A stretch of DNA of 64,000 nucleotides from Alphaproteobacteria bacterium (GCA_043763155.1 JAYULW010000089.1:1308-65307), one strand, 5' to 3'. Counted from the first letter of the stretch, positions 1 to 9,017 are shown. The notes: generated from the sequence alone by a model not told the origin. Program-made: numbers and translations.

Positions 1-858
1 ACTGGTACGTTCCGTAACCAGAAAGTGGCAGCCTCCAAGGCACAAAAAGGTGAGTTCACCGATAACGACAACACCTGCGGCCAGACCTCTTCTGGTGGCG
101 CAACTGGCGGCGCAACCGGTGGGACGACCACTGGTGGTAAAGCTACTGGCGGCAAAGGCAGTGGTGGCCGGGCTGGCAAGTCCTCTTCCGGTGGCACTGC
201 CACTGGCGGGACGACTGGCAGCGGTGGTAGCCAAAGCGCTAACAGCACTGGTGGCAAGACTTCTTCCGGCGGCAGGGCTGGCAAGTCTTCCAGCGGCGGC
301 AAAGCGGGCAAGTCTTCCGGCGGTAAAGCTGAAGGCGTGACCACTTCCGGTGGCGGCAGCAGTGGCGGCACGACGTCTACGGGCGGCAAAGCCGGGGCGG
401 GCAAGTCCTCTTCCGGCGGCAGCAGCAGCAACAGCAAGTCTTCTTCGGGCGGCGGCGATAGCGCACCCGTGAGCTGTCTTGGCGTTGTGTGCATCAAAAC
501 GGTCGTGACGAATGTTGACGATGCTAAACCGTTCCTCGGCTCGTGTAATGTGCCGACGCATGGTCTGGCTGCGACAACAGAAGATCAGGACAGGTTGGCA
601 GCCGAGCTGGCCGTTGCTGATCACCCGCGTGCCAAGTTCTATCTGGATGACGGCTCGTGCGTAGGTTCTCCTAAGGGCGGCGCAGGCCGTGCCGACAAGC
701 AACCTGCAGGCCGTGCAACCCCCGCACCTGACACCACCACCGCTCCTGCGCAAAGCGCGCCGAAGCACAAGGGTGTCGGCCATGGTGTGAAGCATGGTAG
801 CAAGGGCGACAAGGTCAGCATGAACGGTGCTGACACTGACACGGTTGCCGTGAACTAA
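1..858 (+). CDS. Gly/Ser/Thr-rich low-complexity protein with Cys-containing C-terminal domain (5' end may lie outside window)
   Basis: ORF 25..858, and the same frame stays open back to nt 1. About 150 aa of degenerate GGK(A/T/S)SSGG / TGG repeats are followed by a non-repetitive tail with 4 Cys (SCLGVVC, GSCNV, DGSCVG) and a Pro/Ala/Thr/Lys-rich end. A strong terminator follows. Confidence 0.6.
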   Translation, partial: TGTFRNQKVAASKAQKGEFTDNDNTCGQTSSGGATGGATGGTTTGGKATGGKGSGGRAGKSSSGGTATGGTTGSGGSQSANSTGGKTSSGGRAGKSSSGGKAGKSSGGKAEGVTTSGGGSSGGTTSTGGKAGAGKSSSGGSSSNSKSSSGGGDSAPVSCLGVVCIKTVVTNVDDAKPFLGSCNVPTHGLAATTEDQDRLAAELAVADHPRAKFYLDDGSCVGSPKGGAGRADKQPAGRATPAPDTTTAPAQSAPKHKGVGHGVKHGSKGDKVSMNGADTDTVAVN

Positions 859-883
859 TCACGCAACATTACGACGCAAAAAA

Positions 884-912
884 GGCGCATGGGACATCCC
901 CATGCGCCTTTT
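884..912 (+). terminator. Rho-independent terminator after the Gly/Ser-rich gene
   Basis: A perfect 10-bp stem GGCGCATGGG / CCCATGCGCC with a 5-nt loop is followed by TTTT and preceded by an A-run. Confidence 0.8.
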
Positions 913-1029
913 GCTTTGGTGGGTTTTGAGAAGCGGTTTGCCCCTGCCCGCACGCGTATTTTTTTTAGCTCAGGGTTTCCGCGGTGTTACATGAGCTTCT
1001 GCAAATAAGCTATTCATATGACTTGCGGA

Positions 1030-1044
1030 ATGATTCTGCATCAT
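1030..1044. promoter_or_regulatory. Candidate operator (ATGAT-N5-ATCAT dyad) upstream of exbB
   Basis: Perfect inverted repeat ATGATtctgcATCAT lies about 80 nt upstream of the exbB start. TonB-system operons are commonly iron-repressed. The dyad does not match Fur, Irr or RirA consensus exactly. Confidence 0.25.
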
Positions 1045-1121
1045 GCCTTCACTTAGCACTAGACCACAGGCTTGCGGGATAGTAAAACATAAGCATAAAA
1101 ATATAATGGGGGAAACCAAGC

Positions 1122-1952
1122 ATGCTGGATATCGTTGTTTTTCAAAAAGGTGGTGTGGTGATGTATCTGCTGGGCACCATGTCGGTGTACGCACTGGCAG
1201 TGGTGATCTTCAAGATCGCGCAGTTCCGCAAGGCCAATATTTTTGACCGCAGCTTTATCGAACCGGCCCTTCGCGAAATTAAACAGGGTGACCGTTCACG
1301 GGCCACCAAGACGCTCGCTGGCATTAACGGCCCTATCGCCCGCATCATGCGCGTGACGTTTGAATGCGTGGCCAACCGCGAAATGTCGCAGAAAAGCAAA
1401 GAAGCCGAAATCCTGCGCGTAGGATCGGGCGACATCCGCTATCTGGAATCGCACCTGCGCGGCCTTGAAATGACCGCAAGCGTTGCGCCGCTGATGGGTT
1501 TGCTCGGCACCGTCATCGGCATGATCTCGTCGTTTTCCAAACTCAGCCTTTCGGGCACACGCGTTGACCCCACGATTCTTGCCGGTGGCATCTGGGAAGC
1601 ACTGCTTACCACTGCGGGCGGTTTGACGGTTGCGATTCCTGCGTTAGCTGCACATTATGTGCTTGATGGCATCATTGAAAAGGTGCGCGCAACGATGAAA
1701 GACGTTTCGGTGCAGATTCTGGCACTCGAAGACGAATTCCGCCGCAACGAGCGGGCGCTGGCTATTGAAGAAGCCAAGCGCGCCGACGTGCAGCGCCGCG
1801 CACAGGAAGAGCTGGACGCGAAAGCCCGCGAAGAAGCCGAAAGCAAAAAGCGCAACGAGGCCGACCAGTGGGCAGAAGCACAACGCAAGAGCGCGCCGCA
1901 GAAAACCTCGACGCTGCATTTGCTCAGCCCCAAATACACGACCGCCGGCTAA
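1122..1952 (+). CDS. exbB: ExbB/TolQ/MotA-family proton channel with a ~70-aa charged C-terminal tail
   Basis: Has the MotA_ExbB core (LEMTASVAPLMGLLGTVIGMISSF, GGIWEALLTTAGGLTVAIPAL) and 3 TM segments. It is followed by two exbD genes and tonB. Confidence 0.9.
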   Translation: MLDIVVFQKGGVVMYLLGTMSVYALAVVIFKIAQFRKANIFDRSFIEPALREIKQGDRSRATKTLAGINGPIARIMRVTFECVANREMSQKSKEAEILRVGSGDIRYLESHLRGLEMTASVAPLMGLLGTVIGMISSFSKLSLSGTRVDPTILAGGIWEALLTTAGGLTVAIPALAAHYVLDGIIEKVRATMKDVSVQILALEDEFRRNERALAIEEAKRADVQRRAQEELDAKAREEAESKKRNEADQWAEAQRKSAPQKTSTLHLLSPKYTTAG

Positions 1953-1976
1953 TCCCTCGAACCCAGAGTTCCGCCC

Positions 1977-2516
1977 ATGGAATTTGAACGCTCATCACGC
2001 AAGGTCATCACCCTTCCCCTGACGCCGTTGATTGACGTGATGTTCATTTTGATCATCTTCTTCATGCTCACCAGCTCGTTTATGCGGGTGGAGTCGCTGG
2101 AGCTGAACCTGCCTTCGGTGTCGCCCAGCCCGGCGGTAAAGTCGGATGTGATGCATCTGTTCATCCAGGCCGATGGCAATATGCTGCTGGGCAAGCGCAG
2201 GCTGGACCAGCAGGAACTGACCGAGTCGCTTTCGCGCATGTTCAAGAAAGACCCCGGCACCAAGGTGATGTTGCTTACCGCCGAGGGCGTGACCATGCAG
2301 CAACTGGTGAATGTGATGGATAATTTGTACCAGGCCGGTGGGCGCAGCTTGTTTGTGCGCAAATGGGAAGCGGCACCTGCTGAGGCGATGGTGAAGCCGG
2401 GTGCGGTTGAGCTGTGGACGCCGGGCACGGCCCCTGCCCCCGATGCTGCGGCGCCCGCTATTGTGGCCCCTGCTATTGTGGCACCTGTGGCAACTCCTGT
2501 GAAGGGAGCGAAATAA
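1977..2516 (+). CDS. exbD: ExbD/TolR biopolymer transport protein (copy 1) with Pro/Ala-rich tail
   Basis: N-terminal signature ITLPLTPLIDVMFILIIFFML. The C-terminus has a tandem PAIVAPAIVAP duplication. Confidence 0.9.
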   Translation: MEFERSSRKVITLPLTPLIDVMFILIIFFMLTSSFMRVESLELNLPSVSPSPAVKSDVMHLFIQADGNMLLGKRRLDQQELTESLSRMFKKDPGTKVMLLTAEGVTMQQLVNVMDNLYQAGGRSLFVRKWEAAPAEAMVKPGAVELWTPGTAPAPDAAAPAIVAPAIVAPVATPVKGAK

Positions 2517-2932
2517 TGGAATTCCAGCGCACACGCCGCAAGGCACCTGTTATCAGCCTGATTCCGATGATTGACGTGTCCATGTTCCTGCTGATCTTTT
2601 TCATGGTGGCTGGCTCGATTGAAAAATTTGAAATCATCCCCGTGGACCCGCCAGTAGCGCAGAGCGGCAAGCTGATGGATGAGGGCCATGTGGTGATTAT
2701 GCTGGGCCGTCATGAGGAAATTATCGTGGGCGACGAAATCGTGCCCATGGAGCAGATGCAGAAAATGCTGTCGGAAGACCTGACCGCCAACCCCAACAAG
2801 GTGGTGACGATCAAGGCGGACGCAACCGTATCGGCCAACCGCACCATCGAAGTGATGGATGCGATCAAGGCGGCGGGCGGCAAGAATCTTTCCATTGTGA
2901 CCCAGTCGAAGGCGCTTTTGCATGTGGAATAA
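2516..2932 (+). CDS. exbD: ExbD/TolR biopolymer transport protein (copy 2)
   Basis: MEFQRTRRKAPVISLIPMIDVSMFLLIFFMV begins at an ATG overlapping the upstream TAA (TAATG). The longer track ORF starting at 2414 is an in-frame extension into exbD1. Confidence 0.85.
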   Translation: MEFQRTRRKAPVISLIPMIDVSMFLLIFFMVAGSIEKFEIIPVDPPVAQSGKLMDEGHVVIMLGRHEEIIVGDEIVPMEQMQKMLSEDLTANPNKVVTIKADATVSANRTIEVMDAIKAAGGKNLSIVTQSKALLHVE

Positions 2933-3767
2933 GCTGAATTTCAAAAAGCCGGTGGCAGCGGCAGCCGTGCCTGAGGCGGCGGTGCTGCCTGCGCTGGGCG
3001 GGCAGCCGGAATATCTGGACCAGAAATTTTTCGGGGCGACGCTTGCTGCGGCCATGATCGTGCATCTGATGGGGCTTTATGTGTGGTACATCATGCCTTC
3101 GATGGAGGTGGTGGATATTCCGGTGCATGCGCTTTCGATTAAGCTGGGCGACGGGGACCCGCTGACGCCGGAAGAAATTGCGGCCAGCCAGCCGGACGCA
3201 GGCAATAATAACGGGGTGGAAAATGCCATCTCGCAAGCAGTGACGGCGGAAGATGCAACGGCCGCTAAGTCGGCTATTTCCAACATGGAAAAGGCGCTGA
3301 CTTCGGAAAGCGACCCGGTGGACCAAGCCATGGATAAGGCGTTGGCGGGTGCGGGCAATGATTTGCTGATTCAGGAATCGCGCAAGCTTTCGTCGGCGGC
3401 GAAGCAATTTGTGCGCACCAATAATGTGCAGGCGAAGGGTTCGGCGCGGGGCAACAGCACCGCCAAAGACGCCGAGCTGATGTCGCGCTATGAGCAGCTA
3501 ATTTCGCAGTGGATCGAGAAGTTCAAGCAATACCCGATGGACGCGCGTGTGCAGGGGTTGCAGGGCGAAACGGTGGTGCGCATCCGCATAGACCGCATGG
3601 GCAATATCCGCTATTACATCCTTGAGCATTCCACGGGCAGCCAAGTGCTGGACCGCGCGGCCATTGACATGGTGCGCCGGGCGAACCCCGTGCCGTCGGT
3701 GCCCAACGACTACCCCAAGGCCGACCTGATTGAATTTCTGATTCCGGTCAATTTCCACCTCCAATGA
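2922..3767 (+). CDS. tonB: TonB-family energy transducer
   Basis: N-terminal TM anchor, acidic/Pro linker, and a C-terminal TonB_C-like block (GETVVRIRIDRMGNIRYYILEHSTGSQVLDRAAIDMVRRANPVPSVP). Sits directly after exbBDD. Confidence 0.85.
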   Translation: MWNKLNFKKPVAAAAVPEAAVLPALGGQPEYLDQKFFGATLAAAMIVHLMGLYVWYIMPSMEVVDIPVHALSIKLGDGDPLTPEEIAASQPDAGNNNGVENAISQAVTAEDATAAKSAISNMEKALTSESDPVDQAMDKALAGAGNDLLIQESRKLSSAAKQFVRTNNVQAKGSARGNSTAKDAELMSRYEQLISQWIEKFKQYPMDARVQGLQGETVVRIRIDRMGNIRYYILEHSTGSQVLDRAAIDMVRRANPVPSVPNDYPKADLIEFLIPVNFHLQ

Positions 3768-4762
3768 GTGGACCTGCACACCTTCTTGTTACGGGCGGCG
3801 CCGGGTTTATCGGCAGCTGCTTTGCTGCGCTTGCCGTTTCGAAGGGTGCGAAGGTGACGGTGCTGGACGCGCTGACTTATGCGGGCGGACGGGATAATCT
3901 GGAAGGGGTGGATTGCCAGCTGGTGGTGGGTAGCATTACCGACGGGGTGCTGGTTTCAAAGATTTTGCGCGGAGGCATTACGCATGTGATTAATTTCGCG
4001 GCGGAGTCGCATGTTGATAATTCGATTGCCTCGCCCTATGCGTTTATTGATACGAATATCGGGGGCACGTTTGAGCTGCTGGAAGCGCTTCGCCCGGTGC
4101 CGGGGGTGCGGTTTTTGCAGGTGTCTACCGATGAGGTGTATGGCTCCCTTGGCAAGACGGGTAAGTTTTCCGAGGCTTCTGCTTTTGCGCCTAACTCGCC
4201 CTACTCCGCCAGCAAAGCTGCGGCGGATCATCTGGTGCGGGCATGGGGAAAGACCTACGGGCTGAAGGTGATTACAACGCATTGCAGCAATAATTATGGG
4301 CCGAGGCAGCATCCGGAAAAGTTGATTCCGACCATGATTCTGGCAGCGCTTGCGGGCAGCCCCCTGCCCGTTTATGGCGATGGGAAAAATGTGCGGGAAT
4401 GGCTGCATGTGGAGGACCATTGCGAGGGACTTTGGCTGGCGCTGATGAACGGCGAGCCGGGCGCGGTGTATCATTTCGGCGGTGGGGATGAGGTGGAAAA
4501 TATTGCGCTGGTGCAGGCGTTGTGTGCGATTTTAGATACGAAACGCCCGCTGGGTTCGGGGAGTTATGCCGACCTGATCGGGTTTGTGACGGACAGGCCG
4601 GGGCATGACAGGCGCTATGCGATTGATGATTCGGCGACGCGAAATGCGCTGGGGTTTTCGCCTAAACGCTCGCTGAGCGCGGGGCTTGAGGCGACGGTGG
4701 ATTGGTATTTGGCGCATGAGGGCTGGACCTCGCGCAGGCAAGTTACAAAGGGGATAGCATGA
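3764..4762 (+). CDS. rfbB: dTDP-glucose 4,6-dehydratase
   Basis: LLVTGGAGFIGS Rossmann motif, YSASKAA catalytic motif and length match the RmlB family. ATGA overlap with tonB. Confidence 0.9.
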   Translation: MSGPAHLLVTGGAGFIGSCFAALAVSKGAKVTVLDALTYAGGRDNLEGVDCQLVVGSITDGVLVSKILRGGITHVINFAAESHVDNSIASPYAFIDTNIGGTFELLEALRPVPGVRFLQVSTDEVYGSLGKTGKFSEASAFAPNSPYSASKAAADHLVRAWGKTYGLKVITTHCSNNYGPRQHPEKLIPTMILAALAGSPLPVYGDGKNVREWLHVEDHCEGLWLALMNGEPGAVYHFGGGDEVENIALVQALCAILDTKRPLGSGSYADLIGFVTDRPGHDRRYAIDDSATRNALGFSPKRSLSAGLEATVDWYLAHEGWTSRRQVTKGIA

Positions 4763-5622
4763 AGGGTATCATTCTCGCGGGCGGATCTGGCACGCGCTTA
4801 GCGCCGATGACCGCAGCCATCAGCAAACAATTACTGCCAATTTACGATAAGCCGATGCTGTATTACCCGCTGTCCACGCTGATGCTGGCGGGGATACGCG
4901 AGGTGCTAGTGATTTCCACACCGCGCGATTTGCCGATGATTCAGGCGTTGCTGGGCGACGGTTCGAGCTGGGGCATGGCGTTTTCGTATCAGGTGCAGCC
5001 GGAGCCGAAGGGCATTGCGCAGGCGTTTATTTTGGGCAGGGAATTTATTGGCAACAGCCCGGTGTGCCTTATCCTTGGCGATAATATTTTTTATGGCGAA
5101 ACGCTGGGGCAGCAGCTGGCGGGCGCGGCAGCGCTTACGCAGGGCGGGCAGATTTTTGCGTACCGGGTGCGCGACGCGCAGCGCTACGGGGTGATCGAGA
5201 TGGACGGCAAGGGCAAGGTGCTTTCGATTGAGGAAAAGCCCAAAATGCCGAAATCTTCGCTGGCGGTGACGGGCATTTATTTTTATGGGCCGGATGTGGT
5301 TTCGGTTGCGCAAGAGCTGGCGCCTTCGGCGCGCGGGGAGCTGGAAATTACGGACGTCAACAACCACTATTTAAAGGCGGGCACGCTTTCGGCGCGGCTG
5401 CTGGGCCGGGGAACCGCGTGGCTGGATACGGGCACGCCGGACTCGCTGCTGGCGGCGTCGCAGTTTGTGCAGACGATTGAAGCGCGGCAGGGGCTTAAGG
5501 TTGCATGCCTTGAGGAGGTTGCGTTTACCAAGGGGTTTATTGACGCGGTGCAGCTGGCAAAGCTTGCGGCGCAGTATGGCAGCAATGATTACGGCGCGTA
5601 TTTGCGCCAGCTTCTGGCATGA
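4759..5622 (+). CDS. rfbA: Glucose-1-phosphate thymidylyltransferase
   Basis: MKGIILAGGSGTRLAPMT N-terminus and overall RmlA-like sequence. ATGA overlap with rfbB. Confidence 0.92.
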   Translation: MKGIILAGGSGTRLAPMTAAISKQLLPIYDKPMLYYPLSTLMLAGIREVLVISTPRDLPMIQALLGDGSSWGMAFSYQVQPEPKGIAQAFILGREFIGNSPVCLILGDNIFYGETLGQQLAGAAALTQGGQIFAYRVRDAQRYGVIEMDGKGKVLSIEEKPKMPKSSLAVTGIYFYGPDVVSVAQELAPSARGELEITDVNNHYLKAGTLSARLLGRGTAWLDTGTPDSLLAASQFVQTIEARQGLKVACLEEVAFTKGFIDAVQLAKLAAQYGSNDYGAYLRQLLA

Positions 5623-6503
5623 GCGCACCTTTTCTAGTACTGGGCAAGGACGGGCTGGTGGGGCATGCGCTGTGCGCGCTTTTGGGCGCGCGGGCGGTGG
5701 GGCTTTCGCACAGCGACTGCGACCTGACGGGCGTCGGGTTTTTGAATACGGTGGATGAGGCTTTTACGGCGCGGCCCTTTTCGGCGGTGATTAATGCGGC
5801 GGCGTATACGCGCGTGGATGCGGCCGAAGAGGAAGATAGCGGGAATCTGCTGCGGGTGAATGCCGTTGCGCCGGGGGAAATTGCGAAATGGTGCGCGAAG
5901 ATGGGCATTCCGCTGGTGCATTTTTCGACGGATTATGTGTTTGACGGCAGTGGTGAAACGCCGTGGAAAGAGAGCGACACCCCTGCCCCGCTGAGCGCCT
6001 ATGGCATGAGCAAACTGGCGGGTGAGCGGGCGATTGAGGCGGCGGGCGGCAAACACCTGATCGTGCGCACCTCATGGGTGTATGCGGAGCGGGGGAATAA
6101 TTTTTTTATGACCATGCGCAAGCTAATGCGGGAGCGCGAGGTTTTGCGGGTGGTTGATGACCAGATTGGCGCGCCGACCTATGCCGGGCATCTGGCGGCG
6201 GCGGTGCTGGAGGCGTTGGAACATGCGCTGGCAACAGCGGAATTCCCAAGTGGGGTGTATCACCTCGCGCAGGGCGGAAGCGTGAGCTGGTGCGGGTTTG
6301 CACGCGCCATACTGGCGCAGGAACATGCCGTGATGTGCAAAGAAATTGCGGCCATTGCGTCGCAGGAATATGTGAGCAAGGCGGTAAGGCCGCTGAATTC
6401 GCGGCTGGATTGCAGCAAGGCGCGAAGCGTGCTGGGCGTGGTTATGCCTGCGTGGGAAGATGGGCTGGGGGCGTGTTTTGCGGCCTCACGCTGGCCAGCT
6501 TAA
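5619..6503 (+). CDS. rfbD: dTDP-4-dehydrorhamnose reductase
   Basis: RmlD-like (INAAAYTRVDAAE, YGMSKLAGE, TSWVY). ATGA overlap with rfbA. Confidence 0.85.
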   Translation: MSAPFLVLGKDGLVGHALCALLGARAVGLSHSDCDLTGVGFLNTVDEAFTARPFSAVINAAAYTRVDAAEEEDSGNLLRVNAVAPGEIAKWCAKMGIPLVHFSTDYVFDGSGETPWKESDTPAPLSAYGMSKLAGERAIEAAGGKHLIVRTSWVYAERGNNFFMTMRKLMREREVLRVVDDQIGAPTYAGHLAAAVLEALEHALATAEFPSGVYHLAQGGSVSWCGFARAILAQEHAVMCKEIAAIASQEYVSKAVRPLNSRLDCSKARSVLGVVMPAWEDGLGACFAASRWPA

Positions 6504-7328
6504 TTTCATTAATTCGCTGAAGGTGATGTGTTCGCCGCGCTCAAGGGCGCTTGCGTACTGGGCTTCGACATTCAAAGATATTTGCAGGAATTCGCGCAAA
6601 GCCGCGATGGCGTTTGGGTTGGTCAGGCCCAGTGTGCCTGCGTCGAGGCGGGCCAAAATATCGTGCTTGGCAGCGATATAGCGCGGAGGAGCGGCTTTGC
6701 CGGTGGAGAGGGAATTGTGGGTGTAGATGTATTCGTGGAGGATGTCGTTGATATGGTAGGCGTGGGTGGCGTCGTTGAAGGCTTTGAAGGTGAACATGAG
6801 GTCGTTTAAGACGGGCATGTCTTCAGGCCATTGGGCGTGGATGCGGGTTTTGTCGAAGACCAGCATGGCGTGCGAGGTGTAGTGCAGGCGCAAATATTGG
6901 GCGGGCGTGAGGGAGCCGCTTTTGGCGGCGGTGCCGGAAAGGGCAATGTCGCGGGGGGCGTATTCCGTATATTCAACATAGCGCAAGGGGCCGACGCAGA
7001 GGGAGTGTTCGCGGGCGAGAGGCACGGTGCGCTTGAGTTTTTCGGGGTAGAAACGGTCGTCGGCATCCAGCATGGCGATGATGGGGGACTGGGCTTGGGT
7101 GAGGCCCACGTTTCGGGCGTGGGACGCGCCAGTGGCGGTGGCGCCCGTGGTCAGGTGGCGGATGCGGGCGTCTTTGTGCAGGAGGCTTGCATAGTCGGTT
7201 CCGTCATCGGAGATGATGAGGGCTTCCCAGTTGGTGAGGGTTTGGCGGGTGAGGCTTTCGACCGCGCGGGCAATGGTTTTTTGCGCGTTATAGGCGGGGA
7301 TGATGACGCTTACGGCGGGAGACGACAC
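6486..7328 (-). CDS. Family-2 glycosyltransferase
   Basis: VSVIIPAYNAQKTIARAVESLTRQT, ISDDGTD and MLDADD are GT2 (GT-A fold) motifs. Its 3' end overlaps the 3' end of rfbD by 18 nt (convergent). Confidence 0.85.
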   Translation of the reverse strand: MSSPAVSVIIPAYNAQKTIARAVESLTRQTLTNWEALIISDDGTDYASLLHKDARIRHLTTGATATGASHARNVGLTQAQSPIIAMLDADDRFYPEKLKRTVPLAREHSLCVGPLRYVEYTEYAPRDIALSGTAAKSGSLTPAQYLRLHYTSHAMLVFDKTRIHAQWPEDMPVLNDLMFTFKAFNDATHAYHINDILHEYIYTHNSLSTGKAAPPRYIAAKHDILARLDAGTLGLTNPNAIAALREFLQISLNVEAQYASALERGEHITFSELMKLSWPA

Positions 7329-7684
7329 TAGGATTGACGGCGTTCGGTGGCAACGGATACGGAGCGGGCCATGCGCAGTGCGCCGGGTTTGTCGGCTTCG
7401 ACGCGCACTTTGGCGATGCGTTTATCGAGCGATAAAATGAGGGTTGCCACTTCGGTGACGAGGCGCTCCAGTAGCTGGAAATTGCCTGCTTCGAGATGGG
7501 CGAGGACGCGGGACTCGATGTTGGCGTAGTCCACCGCATCGTCCAGCTTATCGCTGGTGCCGGAAGCATCGGTTTCGGCGTGGAGTTTGATGTTCAGGAT
7601 AACCTGCCGTTTGGCTTCCTGCTCCCATGCGTAGACGCCTAGGGTTGTGGTGGCTTGGAGGTCTTTTATTTGCATGTGGAACAT
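7328..7684 (-). CDS. folB: Dihydroneopterin aldolase
   Basis: MQIKDLQATTTLGVYAWEQEAKRQVILNIKL and a C-terminal region typical of FolB. I chose the ATG just after the upstream stop (MFHMQIKDL). The track ORF start at 7750 overlaps the SDR gene. Confidence 0.8.
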   Translation of the reverse strand: MFHMQIKDLQATTTLGVYAWEQEAKRQVILNIKLHAETDASGTSDKLDDAVDYANIESRVLAHLEAGNFQLLERLVTEVATLILSLDKRIAKVRVEADKPGALRMARSVSVATERRQS

Positions 7685-7689
7685 AAGGG

Positions 7690-8412
7690 CTACAGCAGGT
7701 GCTGTCCTCCGTCGGTGAAAATGAGCTGGCCGGTGGTTGCGCCCTTGCACAGGTAGAGCGCAGTTTCGGCGACCTGATCGAGGGAGGCGATGTGGCCCTG
7801 AGGCAGGGTTTTGTTTAGTTTTTGGATGTAGGCGGTGTCGAGTTCGTTTGACGGCAACAAGATGCCGGGGCAGATGCCGTTCACGCGGATATGTGGGCCG
7901 AGTTCGCGGGCGGCCATCTGGGTGAATTCGGCCAGCGCCTTTTTGGCCAGCAAATACGCGAAATGGCTGCCGGAGGACTTACTGACTTCGCTGTCAATCA
8001 TGTTGATGATGCAGCCTTTGCCGAAAAGGGCGGCGAAGTGCTTGGTCATGAAAAACGGGGCTTTGAAATTTACGTTCATCTGGCGGTCAAACAGGGCTTC
8101 GTCGGTTTCGGCGAGGGTTCCGCGCTCGAAAATGGAGGCGTTGTTGATGAGGATGGAAGTGTGGGGCATCTGGCGTTTTACTTCCTGCAAAAACGCGGCA
8201 ATGCCGGAAATGTCCTGCATGTCGTGGCGGATGAGGTTGCACTGGACGCCGAGGGCTTTGATCTCTTGCTGGATCTTGCGTGCGGCAGGTTCGGATTTGT
8301 TATAATGCAGCGCCACGTCGTGGCCGTTGCGGGCGAAGTGCAGCGCAAGCGACGCGCCTACGCGCTGGGCAGCGCCAGTAATCAGAATGGCGTGTGGCTG
8401 GGGTTCAGTCAT
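7690..8412 (-). CDS. Short-chain dehydrogenase/reductase, pteridine-reductase-like (FolM/PTR1-type)
   Basis: ILITGAAQRVGASLALHFARNGHDVALHY, NNAS and YLLAKKAL are SDR motifs. Lies directly upstream of folB in the same operon. Confidence 0.75.
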   Translation of the reverse strand: MTEPQPHAILITGAAQRVGASLALHFARNGHDVALHYNKSEPAARKIQQEIKALGVQCNLIRHDMQDISGIAAFLQEVKRQMPHTSILINNASIFERGTLAETDEALFDRQMNVNFKAPFFMTKHFAALFGKGCIINMIDSEVSKSSGSHFAYLLAKKALAEFTQMAARELGPHIRVNGICPGILLPSNELDTAYIQKLNKTLPQGHIASLDQVAETALYLCKGATTGQLIFTDGGQHLL

Positions 8413-9017
8413 GAAGCTTTCTGACTCAGGAAACGGCTGCCGGGCTTGATGGCGGGCGTGGATTTCAGGGATTCGGGGATGGCGTCGGGCGCGAAGGTGG
8501 GGATGTCGAGGCTCATCAGGGAAATGAGGGGAAGCGTGAGGGTGACATCGTTTTGCGAGCGACGGTCTATGAGGCTTGCGACTGCGATGGGATTTGCGCC
8601 GCAGGCTTTGATGCAGGCGACAGCTTCCATGGAGGATTTGCCGGTGGTGACCACGTCTTCGACGATGAGGACGCGGGCGTTTTCTTCCAGCGTGAAGCCA
8701 CGGCGCAGCGCGAAGCTGCCGTCCACGCGTTCGCAGAACATGGAAAGCACGTTGAGCTGGCGGCCCATTTCGTAGCCGACGACGACACCGCCCATGGCGG
8801 GGGCGACGATGGCGTCAATGGTTAGGCTGGTGGATTTTTCCCATGCGCGGACTTTGTCGGCAAGGGCCTTGCAGAGGCGGTCGGCGCGTTTGGCATCCAT
8901 CAGGGCGCGGGCGCATTGCAGGTAGGTGCTGCTGTGCAGGCCGGAGGAAAGAATGAAATGGCCGGTGAGGATTGTGTCGGCGGCTTTGAATTCCTGAAGG
9001 ATTTGCTCGTGGTCCAT
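8409..9017 (-). CDS. pyrE: Orotate phosphoribosyltransferase
   Basis: PRPP-binding motif VLIVEDVVTTGKSS and FILSSGLHSSTYLQC. Start taken at MDHEQ (9017), just downstream of the panC stop. The longer start at 9044 would overlap panC. Confidence 0.85.
   Translation of the reverse strand: MDHEQILQEFKAADTILTGHFILSSGLHSSTYLQCARALMDAKRADRLCKALADKVRAWEKSTSLTIDAIVAPAMGGVVVGYEMGRQLNVLSMFCERVDGSFALRRGFTLEENARVLIVEDVVTTGKSSMEAVACIKACGANPIAVASLIDRRSQNDVTLTLPLISLMSLDIPTFAPDAIPESLKSTPAIKPGSRFLSQKAS

Noticed and set aside
60-450. Tandem degenerate DNA repeats that might be mistaken for a CRISPR or VNTR array.
   Set aside because: The repeats are in-frame, imperfect and contiguous without unique spacers. 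They simply encode the Gly/Ser/Thr-rich protein.
1122-2932. Idea that the ExbB with a long charged tail plus two ExbD-like genes could be a Zorya-type (ZorAB) defence module.
   Set aside because: ExbB here is only 276 aa, whereas ZorA proteins are several-fold longer. A canonical TonB follows directly, and no ZorC/D/E-like genes are present. This is an ordinary Ton system.
1949-3055. 368-aa minus-strand ORF spanning both exbD genes.
   Set aside because: The opposite strand encodes two canonical ExbD proteins and the TonB start. The product is low-complexity Ala/Gly/His/Ser-rich sequence.
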